Positions 37,202 to 47,320 are shown, counted from the stretch's first letter. The stretch is DNA of 64,000 bases from an uncultured Candidatus Saccharibacteria bacterium (GCA_964538855.1 CAZIEY010000002.1:1709-65708); one strand, 5' to 3'. Translations and numbers: made by a program. The notes: generated from the sequence alone by a model not told the origin.

Positions 37202-38395
37202 TTATATCGCGGTAGATGATAAAGTCAAATTTCCCTCAGCTTTAATTTCCGGACAAATTTTCGTCACGACGCGTTGCGCTTTCAAAAACCCAGCAATTGC
37301 GATCATTAACGCATTGTCGGTTGTTGCGTGCATTTCCGGAATGAGAACTTTGACGCCGTCGGCTTCTAATTTTTTAAAGGTTGCACGAATGTGAGTGTTT
37401 GCAATCACACCACCGCCGATAATTAGAGTCTGTGCACCATGTTCGTGCAGCGCGCGTTTCGTTTTTTCAAATAATACTTCGGTGACGGCGTCTTCGAATT
37501 CGCGAGCAATATCTTTTTGAGTGGCTTCATCCACGTTGAATTTTTGTTGCAAATCAGGTTTCGCTTTTTGATCGGTTAAATAATAGAGCACCGCCGTTTT
37601 GAGGCCAGCAAAAGAAAAATCAAAATCCTTGCTATGAATCATCGGACGAGGAAATTGCGCAGTGTGCAGTAATTTCTCCTCACGTGCCCGCGCTGCCAAT
37701 TTCGAAATTTGTGGACCACCAGGATATGACAAGCCCAATAATCGCGCCACTTTATCAAACGCTTCGCCAACTGCATCATCGCGTGTTTGTCCGATTAATG
37801 CGTAGTCGCCCCAATTTCGCACCAAAATCAATTCGGTGTGACCTCCGGAAATCAAAAGTGCCACCGCAGGGAAGGCAAAATTATGCATATGCTCATCCTC
37901 TTTCAAAACTGACACGATGTGACCTTCCATATGATTTGTCGGCATGAGGGGAATTTGCCACATGTATGACAGCGCACGCGCCACGTTAATGCCAACCCAT
38001 AATGCAGGCTCGAGTCCTGGTCCTGACGTCACTGCAATTACATCAATGTTTGGTTTTTTAATGCTCGTTACAAATTCAAAAAAAGTTTCAGCAAGGCCTG
38101 GATATGGTGACAAAATGTCGCTGATTTTTGCCCGCTGTTCGTTGGATGGTAATGTGCGGAGTTCTTCTTCCATTTCAGTTTCCTGAAGAAGCGCATGCAA
38201 AAGGGGAATGATATTTCGGGCATGCTCACGCTTTGCAATAGTTGGCATGACGCCACCGAATGGTTTGTGGGCTTCAATTTGCGAATTGACGACTGTGCCG
38301 AGTGTTGTATATGAAAGCTCGCTCCCATTCACGGTTGCTTCTATCAAGGCGAGAGCGGTTTCATCACAACTGGTTTCAATCCCGAGGATTTTCAT
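37202..38395 (-). CDS. tsaD: tRNA t6A synthesis protein TsaD
   Basis: ILGIETSCDET, HMEGH, SGGHT, DDAVGEAFDK, TDNALMIA. Confidence 0.96.
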   Translation of the reverse strand: MKILGIETSCDETALALIEATVNGSELSYTTLGTVVNSQIEAHKPFGGVMPTIAKREHARNIIPLLHALLQETEMEEELRTLPSNEQRAKISDILSPYPGLAETFFEFVTSIKKPNIDVIAVTSGPGLEPALWVGINVARALSYMWQIPLMPTNHMEGHIVSVLKEDEHMHNFAFPAVALLISGGHTELILVRNWGDYALIGQTRDDAVGEAFDKVARLLGLSYPGGPQISKLAARAREEKLLHTAQFPRPMIHSKDFDFSFAGLKTAVLYYLTDQKAKPDLQQKFNVDEATQKDIAREFEDAVTEVLFEKTKRALHEHGAQTLIIGGGVIANTHIRATFKKLEADGVKVLIPEMHATTDNALMIAIAGFLKAQRVVTKICPEIKAEGNLTLSSTAI

Positions 38396-38396
38396 G

Positions 38397-38469
38397 TGCG
38401 CGGTGAGGGACTCGAACCCCCGGCATCAACAACGTCAATGTTGCGCTCTACCAACTGAGCTAACCGCGC
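38397..38469 (-). tRNA. tRNA-Val(GAC)
   Basis: Cloverleaf; CAACA-TTGACGT-TGTTG. Confidence 0.93.
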
Positions 38470-38521
38470 ATAAAAAACAGATTATCAGAAAAAATGGTCA
38501 AAGTCGAGCCAGAAAACCGAT

Positions 38522-39355
38522 CTAATTTTTTGAAATCAATTCGTCAAACTTTTGAATCATAAAACCAGTCACCGGTCCAATTTTTCCATTTCCGATTTTT
38601 TTGCTATCGATTTGAATGATTGGCGCGATTTTGATTTTACCAGACGAAGTAATGAGAACCTCATCAGCATTGATGAGTTCGTGCATAGTCACGTCACGTT
38701 CTTCTACGGGGATTTTATTTTTACGTGCCAACTCAATTACTACTTTGCGCGTAATTCCTTGTAGTACGTTGTTTCGAGGTGTGAGTAATTTTCCGTTCGA
38801 AACAATAAAAATATTTGAAGTCGAACATTCGAGTACGAGATTTTTGTCGTGATAAAGTACTTCTGCTGCACCAGCCTTGTCGATTTTATTTTGAAGTTTT
38901 ACTGCGTGAACATAGGCGCTTGTCTTTGCGACCGGAGTCTCGCGTTGATATCTTTCTGTAATCAATTTTGCGCCATTCGGATATTTTACGAGCGCTGGGA
39001 TTTGTAAATCCTCGACAATAATTGCAAAATTTTGATTACCTTCAAATCGAATGTGATTAGAACTTTTGCCGCCAGTGAGGATGAGTCGAAATGCCGCGTC
39101 CTTCATTTTATTTTTTTTCATCAACTTCATCACTAGTACGTCGAGCTCAAACACAGTGATTGGAGGAGTGAGACCGAGTTCTTTTGCGGAATTAGTGAAG
39201 CGCTTGAAATAATCAGCGAGGCGGAATGGTCGTCCGTTGTAGGTTCGGAAATAATCAAACACAGCATGTCCTCGAATAACACCAATATCATCGAATGGGA
39301 AACCAAACTTTTTTGATTCCACGATTTTGCCGTTGTAAAAGCAGTACTTTTTCAT
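38522..39355 (-). CDS. Class IV PLP aminotransferase (D-alanine/branched-chain type)
   Basis: RGHAVFDYFRTY, ECSTSNIF, LQGITR, ADEVLITSS. Confidence 0.88.
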   Translation of the reverse strand: MKKYCFYNGKIVESKKFGFPFDDIGVIRGHAVFDYFRTYNGRPFRLADYFKRFTNSAKELGLTPPITVFELDVLVMKLMKKNKMKDAAFRLILTGGKSSNHIRFEGNQNFAIIVEDLQIPALVKYPNGAKLITERYQRETPVAKTSAYVHAVKLQNKIDKAGAAEVLYHDKNLVLECSTSNIFIVSNGKLLTPRNNVLQGITRKVVIELARKNKIPVEERDVTMHELINADEVLITSSGKIKIAPIIQIDSKKIGNGKIGPVTGFMIQKFDELISKN

Positions 39356-39447
39356 GACGGTAATTATAGCGGATTTTGCGAGTGGGGGGCACTTGCTTTT
39401 TATGAGGAAGTATGATACTATTTTAAATCAGAAAGGAGGGCCAAAAA

Positions 39448-39570
39448 ATGCCCATCCCCCTGCACACGTTGCCACCGTGGTTTGGACTTGGACCGGATGA
39501 AGAAGATCCAAAGCCTTGGTGGCAGTTGGGTACTCCCTGGAACTGGAGATCGGTCAGCGACCAAGGCTGA
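39448..39570 (+). CDS. 40-aa Pro/Trp-rich peptide (MPIPLHTLPPWFGLGPDEEDPKPWWQLGTPWNWRSVSDQG), not in the ORF track
   Basis: TTGCTT-17-TACTAT promoter, GAAAGGAGG SD, terminator CCGCGGC...GCCGCGG+T7 at ~39593-39626. Confidence 0.55.
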   Translation: MPIPLHTLPPWFGLGPDEEDPKPWWQLGTPWNWRSVSDQG

Positions 39571-39690
39571 TTCCTTTTCGGGGTTTCCCTGACCGCGGCT
39601 GACCCTTTGGGCGCCGCGGTTTTTTCTGCCTTACTTTCTTGCCAAACCCTCTTTGCATTTTTCGCACTTTTTTGCTACTATTTTTGCCAT

Positions 39691-39762
39691 GGCCCTATCG
39701 TCTAACGGCTAGGACAGAGCCTTTTCAAGGCTTAAATCAGGGTTCGATTCCCTGTAGGGTCA
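39691..39762 (+). tRNA. tRNA-Glu(TTC)
   Basis: Cloverleaf; GAGCC-TTTTCAA-GGCTT. Confidence 0.93.
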
Positions 39763-39767
39763 CAAGT

Positions 39768-40484
39768 ATGAAACATCACCGTATTCTTTTAAAATTATCA
39801 GGTGAGCAGTTTGCAGGAGAAAAGAAGTTTGGTATTGATACACATTTTGTTGCGGAGCTGGCGCAGGAATTGCAGAGCGTGGTAAAGAAAACAAAAGTTC
39901 AAATCGTAGTCGTCATTGGCGGTGGAAACTTTTTACGAGGTGCGACAATGGCAGGTGAACAGAATATGGTCGAGAGGGCAACCGCTGATTACATGGGAAT
40001 GCTCGCAACTATCATGAACGGTATGGCACTCGTGGATATTTTAGAACATTTCGGTCAGCCGGCGCGTCTCCAAACACGCCTTCATATCAATGCGGTGGCC
40101 GAACCTTACATCCGTCGTCGAACATTACGACATCTGGAAAAAGGTCGAGTTGTCATCGTTGCCGGTGGGACAGGGAATCCGTATTTTACTACAGATACCG
40201 CAGCTGTTTCGACTGCGATTGAACTTGGTTGCGATATTGTGCTCAAGGCTACAAAAGTGGACGGAGTCTACAACAAAGACCCAAAGAAATTTTCGGACGC
40301 AGTAAAAATTTCAAAAATCTCTTTCCTCGACGCGTTGCGCGATGAAAATATCAGGGTAATGGATAACGCGGCGCTGTCTCTCGCGATGGATAATAGATTA
40401 CCAATTCGAATTTTCGACCTATTGAGCAAGGGGAACATTCAAAAAACGGTAGAAGGAAAATCTGTTGGAACTTTGATTAGTTGA
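39768..40484 (+). CDS. pyrH: UMP kinase
   Basis: RILLKLSGE, GGGNFLRG, GNPYFTTD; real start ATG 39768 follows the tRNA. Confidence 0.95.
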   Translation: MKHHRILLKLSGEQFAGEKKFGIDTHFVAELAQELQSVVKKTKVQIVVVIGGGNFLRGATMAGEQNMVERATADYMGMLATIMNGMALVDILEHFGQPARLQTRLHINAVAEPYIRRRTLRHLEKGRVVIVAGGTGNPYFTTDTAAVSTAIELGCDIVLKATKVDGVYNKDPKKFSDAVKISKISFLDALRDENIRVMDNAALSLAMDNRLPIRIFDLLSKGNIQKTVEGKSVGTLIS

Positions 40485-42987
40485 CACAGCTCACCGATTT
40501 GATTTGTTCTAGCACTTTTGCATCCATGATCGCACCATTGTGTGCGATACCTCTGACTGCCATGAATTTGGATAGGGCGGTGACTGTTGTTCTGCCGTAA
40601 TAACCATAGGAAGCTCCAGCTGGCATGACTAGGTAACCTCCGTTTACAAGAAATCGTTGAACTTGGCCTACGTATTCGTTTTCTTCTCCGAAATAAAGGG
40701 TTCTTGGAAGGTCGACACAGGCTTCATTCGAATTTGTGGTTACAACTGGTGTTATGTTAGCTACGGGGACAACCGGTGCTGTGTAAGTTTGAGCCGGAGC
40801 ATTGTAGACCGGACTATTGACATAGCTTCCACCCATAATCGCCGCTCTTGTTTTTGGTCCAAAATACCCAGTATCTGGTGTAATACCACGCGCTTTCTGC
40901 CAATTTCCAAGCGCTGTTTTGGTAAGCTCTCCGAAATATCCCTTGTTCACTCCTGCTGGGATTATGAGATATCCTGTAGATATGAGGAAATCTTGAAGTG
41001 CAATAACATCTTCACCTTGCGAACCCATAGTCAGGTCTCGATAGAAGGAGTAGTTGGATGTCTGTGAGTTTGAGGTTGTAGAGTTGTTATTGTTCTGAAC
41101 CTCGTTATCTTTAACTCGTACTGTCACATCATCGTCCTCTCCGTCATCGCTCACTCTGATAGTTGGACAGGTATCTTTTGCTTTTTCACCTTCACCGTCT
41201 TCCACTGTAACTTTAATTTTATAACTTCCTTTTTTGTCGAAAGAAACTGTTTGGTCAGCACTATCCTTGTCAAAATTGTCAGCTTTTTTATAATCACCAG
41301 ACCATGTTCCGTCGTAAGGGGTTGTACCACCAGAAACTTCAAGCCAAATATCGGTATCTTCGTCTACTGCAGGTGTAGTATCAGAGACTTTACATTCTAC
41401 TTCCAGTTTACCAGACGATATTGGTGATTTTGTGCCATATGTAGTTGTAGTCGCGGTATTTGTTGTGCTCGTACATTTTCTAGTAATCTCATCTACCTTG
41501 TTTGCAAATGTTTCAGCGATACTATCATAACCAGCCACGCTGTAATGTGTGCCATCATTGTCAAATCCGGTGAAGTCTACAACAGAAACATACGATCGAG
41601 TTTGTGCGAGTGTACTAATTCCTGTTTTGTAGATTCCCAAAGGACGAGTTGCTGCCCAACCGCCTTTCGCAGGAGTTTCAGGTTTCGCCACAATAATTTT
41701 CGCATTTGGCAATTTTGTATGAATAGTATCGAGTAATGTGCCAAGTGCAGTGACCTTGCTATTTGCTACAGCGTCGCTGACCGGTGTTCGGCTACTGACA
41801 GGGTTTACTGCAACCCACATATCATTACTACCCACGAGCAACAAAATGACATCGGGATTGTATGTAGTGAAAGAGTTTGCGTCTACAACTGATTGAAGTT
41901 GTGCAATTCCTTTGCCTGAATAACCCTCGTGTTGATTATCGCTGAATCCATTACCATTGCTCTTCGAGCCAACCATATCCACAGTGTAACCCTTCGCAGT
42001 TAATTTTTCTTTGAAAGCTTTTCTATATGCAAGGTTATTTGATCCTTCAATTCCTTCTGTGTTTGAATCACCCATTGCCATGATTTTGAGACTTTTGTTG
42101 GTGTTTGTGTCTGTTTGTCCGATAGGGCAGGAGTTACCAGGTTCATTGATTGGTGTAGTTTGTTTGCTAATTTCTTCGGCTGATTTTGCTTCTAGAGCCG
42201 CAGCAATTTCAGCATTCGTATAAAATTTCCCCTTGATTCCTTCGGTTCTTTGTCCTGCATTTTTTATGAGCCATACCCAGATACCTTCTGGTACTGCTGC
42301 TTCCACTGCTGCAGGGCCTCCATATGATGAACCGGGTTTCGAATACCGGTAATGTGGTCGATGTCCGTTTGCATTACCAGTAAAACGACCAGCCTCCACC
42401 TTGGTTATATTTGGCTCAGATCCTTTATAGAGTTGAACTCGAATCACTTGACCCATAAGTGATGTTGGTAGAAGAGATACTGCGTTACCATCACTATCAG
42501 ATTTTGGTTTCCATAGAAAGCTTTCAGAGTACGTTGTATCTTCTTCGTCACCCTCGGCATTGATTAGACTTTCACAAATTTCATTTTTTTTGTCTGACTC
42601 TTTCTGCGAAACAGATGCATGACCTACTTTGCTGTAGACGAATGCTTTACCTGTACTTTTTTTATGATCGTCTTCTAGTTCCGATAGGGGTTTGGAGAGG
42701 CATTCCTGAGCCTTTGCTACCAATGCTGCTGCAGAGCTTTTTTTATCTACTTCCAAAGGGCTTATCCCAAATAGATCCCCATCGTTTATTGCGCCAGGAA
42801 TTAAACTTAAACCTCCTGTGGGTATCACGAGTGCTGCTCCGACCCAGTCGAGTGCATCGTCAATATCACCTTTACTGACCTTGAATCCACCAACTGAAAA
42901 TGCATTCGCTATGTTATTTACTGTTGGTAGTGACAAAAATACTATAATAAAAAATGATAAGAACAGGTATTTTGATAAAATTTTCAT
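40477..42987 (-). CDS. Secreted multidomain protein: SGNH hydrolase + Ig/PKD-like domain + two peptidoglycan-binding domains
   Basis: Signal peptide; MAMGDSNT, GSND and DGTH; LTMGSQGEDVIALQDFL...GYFGELTKTALGNWQ plus a second PG-binding repeat. Confidence 0.8.
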   Translation of the reverse strand: MKILSKYLFLSFFIIVFLSLPTVNNIANAFSVGGFKVSKGDIDDALDWVGAALVIPTGGLSLIPGAINDGDLFGISPLEVDKKSSAAALVAKAQECLSKPLSELEDDHKKSTGKAFVYSKVGHASVSQKESDKKNEICESLINAEGDEEDTTYSESFLWKPKSDSDGNAVSLLPTSLMGQVIRVQLYKGSEPNITKVEAGRFTGNANGHRPHYRYSKPGSSYGGPAAVEAAVPEGIWVWLIKNAGQRTEGIKGKFYTNAEIAAALEAKSAEEISKQTTPINEPGNSCPIGQTDTNTNKSLKIMAMGDSNTEGIEGSNNLAYRKAFKEKLTAKGYTVDMVGSKSNGNGFSDNQHEGYSGKGIAQLQSVVDANSFTTYNPDVILLLVGSNDMWVAVNPVSSRTPVSDAVANSKVTALGTLLDTIHTKLPNAKIIVAKPETPAKGGWAATRPLGIYKTGISTLAQTRSYVSVVDFTGFDNDGTHYSVAGYDSIAETFANKVDEITRKCTSTTNTATTTTYGTKSPISSGKLEVECKVSDTTPAVDEDTDIWLEVSGGTTPYDGTWSGDYKKADNFDKDSADQTVSFDKKGSYKIKVTVEDGEGEKAKDTCPTIRVSDDGEDDDVTVRVKDNEVQNNNNSTTSNSQTSNYSFYRDLTMGSQGEDVIALQDFLISTGYLIIPAGVNKGYFGELTKTALGNWQKARGITPDTGYFGPKTRAAIMGGSYVNSPVYNAPAQTYTAPVVPVANITPVVTTNSNEACVDLPRTLYFGEENEYVGQVQRFLVNGGYLVMPAGASYGYYGRTTVTALSKFMAVRGIAHNGAIMDAKVLEQIKSVSCVN

Positions 42988-43049
42988 GAAATTTGCGAAT
43001 TAAATAATAATGGATTTTAACCATTGTATTATAACCCCAAATTGAATAT

Positions 43050-43973
43050 TTATTTAGTTTTTAACCACACATAGATGTCTTCAAGAGCGCGCACTGCGTC
43101 ACCAGCTGCGATGTTATTTTGGTGGTATAAAATGTTGGTACAATCTCCAGCTGCCCAAACACCGTCGACTGATGTACGCTGATTCCAAGGGTCAATAACA
43201 ACAGTGCTGTGCTCGTTAGTTGCGACGAGGTCTTTGACAAAACCGATGGCTGGAACTGCGCCAATCTCAACAAAGATGCCGCCAATAGGTATGGTAGTTT
43301 TCTCACCGGTCTTGTTATTTCTATATGTAAAGCCGTTTACCATGAAATCACCGTGTATTTCTGTGACTTCGGCGTTGGTGATGATTTTGAAATTTGGATT
43401 TTTCTCGAGTGTCTCTACGGTGATCGGGTCGGCGCGGAATTCATCACGTCGATGCATCAGTGTAACTGTTTTTGCATAAGCGAGTAATTGCGCTGCGCTT
43501 TCAAATGCAGAATTCCCACCGCCAAGTACCACTACGTCTCGGTCACGGAAAAGTGGTCCGTCGCATGAGGCGCAATAAGTCAGGCCTTTGTGTTCGAATT
43601 TATCGGCATTAACCGCCTCGATTTTTCGTCGATTAGATCCAGTGGCAACGAGCACAGCTTTGGTCTCATAAGTATCTTTTGCGGTAGTGACTACAAAATG
43701 AGAATCTTTTTTTTGAACTCGATCCACGCGTTTGCCTGTTACGATTTTTACGAAATCACCTGCATATGCACGTGCATGAGCCTCAAATTTTTTGGCCAAG
43801 TCAAAACCAGGGATTTTAATTTCACCAACCCAATTTTCAATTCCGTCTGAAACGATACTTTGCCCTCCAAATGTTTCTGTAATGAGAAGGGTTTTTAATT
43901 GTTTTCGCGCCGCATATACCGTCGCTGCTGTTCCTGCCGGTCCACCACCGATAATTATGAGATCGTAAATCAT
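43050..43973 (-). CDS. trxB: Thioredoxin reductase/AhpF-like FAD-dependent oxidoreductase
   Basis: GGGPAG, CASCDG, GGGNSA, WAAGD. Confidence 0.85.
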   Translation of the reverse strand: MIYDLIIIGGGPAGTAATVYAARKQLKTLLITETFGGQSIVSDGIENWVGEIKIPGFDLAKKFEAHARAYAGDFVKIVTGKRVDRVQKKDSHFVVTTAKDTYETKAVLVATGSNRRKIEAVNADKFEHKGLTYCASCDGPLFRDRDVVVLGGGNSAFESAAQLLAYAKTVTLMHRRDEFRADPITVETLEKNPNFKIITNAEVTEIHGDFMVNGFTYRNNKTGEKTTIPIGGIFVEIGAVPAIGFVKDLVATNEHSTVVIDPWNQRTSVDGVWAAGDCTNILYHQNNIAAGDAVRALEDIYVWLKTK

Positions 43974-44003
43974 GAGCGCCATTTTACCACAGTCTTGTCT
44001 GTA

Positions 44004-44127
44004 AATAAAATAGAAAAACTCTAAATTTTGAAAGTCTGGTTGAGCACAAAAAACAAATCACACTCTTGTTACAGAGCGTGATTGTGCGACCCGAGGACTT
44101 CAAAATTTAGAGTTTTTCTATTTTATT
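44004..44127. repeat. Family-B structured element, copy 1 (3' of ftsZ)
   Basis: Perfect 29-bp inverted arms around AAGTCTGGTTGAGCA...TGCGACCCGAGGACTT. Confidence 0.8.
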
Positions 44128-45310
44128 ACTTCCGATGACGTCGTAAAAATGATGGAACTGCACCCCATTCGTCGTTGTCATCTTCGGTGACGAGTGCCTT
44201 AGTTTCTTTTTTTTCAACTGGCTCACTTCGTTTTTCAACATTCAAAGAGTTAAAGATGCGACCTCCGGTAGCAGGAGCCTCTGCGATCGGCTTCACTTCT
44301 TCAACTGGTTTTGGTGTTGTGGTACCAAATAATGAACGTTTTGTGGTGTTTGCGCCATCAGGAAAGCCTGCTGCGACAATAGTAACTTTGATGTCACCTT
44401 TCTTCAATTTATCGTCATTAACGGTTCCGAAAATAACACGTGCATCTTCGTCCATTGATTCGGTGATAATTTTTGCAGCTTCTTGAATTTCGTGCATAGT
44501 CAAATCTTCACCACCTGCAATAGAGAAGAGAATGCCTTGAGCACCATTAATAGAAACGTCGAGGAGTGGGGAATTAATTGCCATTTTCGCAGCTTCTTGA
44601 GCGCGATTCTCTCCGTTTGCAATACCAACACCCATGAGTGCAGAACCAGAATCCTTCAAAATAGTTCGCACATCGGCAAAGTCGATGTTGATTTTTCCAG
44701 GAGTTGTAATCAAGTCAGAAATACCTTCAACGGCTTGGCGCAACACGTCATCACACATTGCAAATGCATTTGATGCTGTTGTTTCTTTTGAAATTTGGTT
44801 TAACAGTCGATCGTTTGGAATTACAATAATCGCATCCACTTCTTTTTTGAGTTCAGCGAGAGCTTGCTCAGCGATTTTCATTCGGTGCTTACCTTCAAAG
44901 AAAAATGGTTTTGTTACTACTGCAACAGTAAGTGCATTCGATTCGCGAGCGATTTGCGCCGCGACAGAAGAAGCGCCTGATCCGGTTCCACCACCAAGTC
45001 CGCATGTGAGGAAGACCATGTCGGCACCTTTGATTGCTTCTTGAACTTCTTCTTTCGTTTCTTCGATTGCGCGTCGGCCGATTTCTGGATTCATTCCAGC
45101 ACCAAGACCTTTGGTCAAGTTTTTACCAATGTGAATTTTTTTCTTTGCAAGAGATCCGTGTAAATCTTGCGCGTCGGTATTGATCGCAATAAAATCTACG
45201 CCTTTGACCTTGCTATTAATCATGTGATTAATAACGTTGAGACCGGAACCTCCTACACCAACAACTTTGATGCGTGCAAATGTCTCGATTTCTGGTTTAA
45301 CTTGTGGCAT
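44126..45310 (-). CDS. ftsZ: Cell division protein FtsZ
   Basis: GLGAG, GGGTGSG, NIDFADV; C-terminal VPSFLRR. Confidence 0.97.
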   Translation of the reverse strand: MPQVKPEIETFARIKVVGVGGSGLNVINHMINSKVKGVDFIAINTDAQDLHGSLAKKKIHIGKNLTKGLGAGMNPEIGRRAIEETKEEVQEAIKGADMVFLTCGLGGGTGSGASSVAAQIARESNALTVAVVTKPFFFEGKHRMKIAEQALAELKKEVDAIIVIPNDRLLNQISKETTASNAFAMCDDVLRQAVEGISDLITTPGKINIDFADVRTILKDSGSALMGVGIANGENRAQEAAKMAINSPLLDVSINGAQGILFSIAGGEDLTMHEIQEAAKIITESMDEDARVIFGTVNDDKLKKGDIKVTIVAAGFPDGANTTKRSLFGTTTPKPVEEVKPIAEAPATGGRIFNSLNVEKRSEPVEKKETKALVTEDDNDEWGAVPSFLRRHRK

Positions 45311-45410
45311 ATGATGTATGTAATAAAATAAGTAGTAAAAAATCTTTAAACTCTTCCCCAAGAGCTCCTTATATCATAACGCACTGAAACTTTTACGCAA
45401 CCTAGACAGG

Positions 45411-46637
45411 TTATGGTAAGAATTTCTTAAACCAGTTTGTGATAATGCCCAAAATACGTTTAAACGACAACTTAGAAAATGATTTGCCTGCAGGATATTC
45501 TGCATCCATAGAGAGACCGTAGACACATAAACCATAGGCTACTGACCATGTCGAGTCCTTGATCTTTAGTCCTGTTGTTTGCACGTTTTTTAAATCGTCA
45601 CCATTTGAAATGACACTCGCGATTCGCGACGGTAATTTGAGAGTAGCTTTGGCGAGGTCTCCGACAGTGGTGAGACCTGATCCACCACCAGTCAGGATAA
45701 TTCCTGCGGGCAGTAATCCGCTGCGCTCAATCTTTTTTAGCTGTGCATCGATAAGATCGAATACGTCAGATAAGCGTGATGAGATAATACTTTTAATTTT
45801 ATTTTCCGGACTCTTTTTGGCGGTTTCAGGTATCGAATAATGGTCTTCGCGGCGTTTGGTTTTTTCAGCTTCATCAAGAGAGATTTGCATACCAAGTGCA
45901 ATATCATTTGTGATGTCGTTTGAGCCGACTTTAAAAATTTCCATACTGATTGGTACGTCCTCTTCGTAGACAATCATAGAGACGGTTTCCGCACCGATAT
46001 TCACAAGAACACACCCTGCGATTCGCTCTGTCTTTGAAAGGTTCGCGATTCCGGCGGCGAGCGGTGCCGCGACTGCGTCGATAATTTCAATCCCTGCGTT
46101 TTCTACTGCTTCGATTAATTCGGCGACGTGATGAGAGAGGCAGTTAATATACATAATTTTAGCCTCTAATTTGTTTCCCTTCATTCCGACAGGGTCACCA
46201 AAAACAGCCTTGCCGTCGATTTTGTATTCAATCGGTATAGTGTGAATTATCTGTCTGTTCATCGCAACAGCGGGTGGGATGAGCCGGGTACTTTCTTCGG
46301 CTACTTTTTCTAAATCAAGTTCTGTAATTTCCGCGTCTGCTCTGGAGATAATGATATTGCCGGTGCTCGTATAGCTTCCTAGACCAATACCACCAATAGA
46401 AATAAAGGCGCGTTCGATAGTAATTCCAGATGATTTTTCGGCCTGCTTGACTGCCTTACGAATACTTCGAATCGCATCGTGCTGGTTAATGATGTAGCCG
46501 TGTCGAAGTCCTTTTGATTCGGCGTAGCCAAGCCCAATAATTTTAGGTAAGGAGTTACTTTGATGCGCATTTTCGGCAACAACAACTTTGACCTGATAGG
46601 TCCCAATATCTATACCAACTGAAAATGTATTCCTCAT
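45411..46637 (-). CDS. ftsA: Cell division protein FtsA
   Basis: GIDIGT, LTGGGS, SVAYGL; upstream of ftsZ. Confidence 0.93.
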   Translation of the reverse strand: MRNTFSVGIDIGTYQVKVVVAENAHQSNSLPKIIGLGYAESKGLRHGYIINQHDAIRSIRKAVKQAEKSSGITIERAFISIGGIGLGSYTSTGNIIISRADAEITELDLEKVAEESTRLIPPAVAMNRQIIHTIPIEYKIDGKAVFGDPVGMKGNKLEAKIMYINCLSHHVAELIEAVENAGIEIIDAVAAPLAAGIANLSKTERIAGCVLVNIGAETVSMIVYEEDVPISMEIFKVGSNDITNDIALGMQISLDEAEKTKRREDHYSIPETAKKSPENKIKSIISSRLSDVFDLIDAQLKKIERSGLLPAGIILTGGGSGLTTVGDLAKATLKLPSRIASVISNGDDLKNVQTTGLKIKDSTWSVAYGLCVYGLSMDAEYPAGKSFSKLSFKRILGIITNWFKKFLP

Positions 46638-46688
46638 TGCTGTATATTCTACAACAGAATTGGCCAATGCAATAAAAAGTTTTCAAGG

Positions 46689-47069
46689 TTAAGAGAATTT
46701 CTTTAAAAATTTCTGCTCGAGAGCATCCATTTTTTTACCATGATCAAGACCGAGGAGATGCAACATCCCATGTATCAAAAGATAGATACATAACTTTTTA
46801 TAGGGCATTTCGAACTGGGTAGTTTGTTGCTCAACCTTTCGCAAGTTCAAAAAAATTTCACCAGATTTTTTGTCGAGCGGAAAAGAAAGCACATTGGTCG
46901 CGTAGTCTTTTTGGCGGTAGGTACGGTTGATGTTGCGGCAGCGTTTGTCTCCAATAAAAACAATAGAGAGGGAATAGTCTTTACCTAAAATTTCCTGCGC
47001 TATTGTAGACAAAAACAACTCGCTTGCGGGCGAATTGCGTCTGGTGAAATTGTTCACGGATAGATTCAT
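46689..47069 (-). CDS. ybeY: rRNA maturation endoribonuclease YbeY
   Basis: TNVLSF; HGMLHLLGLDH. Confidence 0.93.
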   Translation of the reverse strand: MNLSVNNFTRRNSPASELFLSTIAQEILGKDYSLSIVFIGDKRCRNINRTYRQKDYATNVLSFPLDKKSGEIFLNLRKVEQQTTQFEMPYKKLCIYLLIHGMLHLLGLDHGKKMDALEQKFLKKFS

Positions 47070-47320
47070 TATTTCTTTGCTCCCTTTTTTCGAGTATCAG
47101 CGATTTTTCCAAGCTTGAAAAGTCTGTTGTATTCAGCTGCTTTTCTCAACACAATTAATCGCTTTTTCTTTTTAACGTAATCTGATTTGACTCGTTCTGC
47201 GTATCGAATAGATCGAACACGAGGGAGAACACCAGATTCCTGGACTCGTCGAGTAAAACGCTTGATCATGCTCAAGCTGCTTTCGTTTTTCTTTTTTACT
47301 ACTTCTACGTTTGATGCCAT
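47069..47320 (-). CDS. rpsU: 30S ribosomal protein bS21 (CPR-type)
   Basis: NESSLSMIKRFTRRVQESGVL; basic. Confidence 0.75.
   Translation of the reverse strand: MASNVEVVKKKNESSLSMIKRFTRRVQESGVLPRVRSIRYAERVKSDYVKKKKRLIVLRKAAEYNRLFKLGKIADTRKKGAKK

Noticed and set aside
37146-37394. 82-aa ORF after pemK-2 as a protein antitoxin
   Set aside because: It is mostly antisense to tsaD and has no equivalent after pemK-1, whereas the non-coding structure is conserved.
39639-39767. N-terminal extension of pyrH in the ORF track (likewise 62741-62905 for the VanY-like gene)
   Set aside because: These extensions run through tRNA genes; the real starts are downstream.
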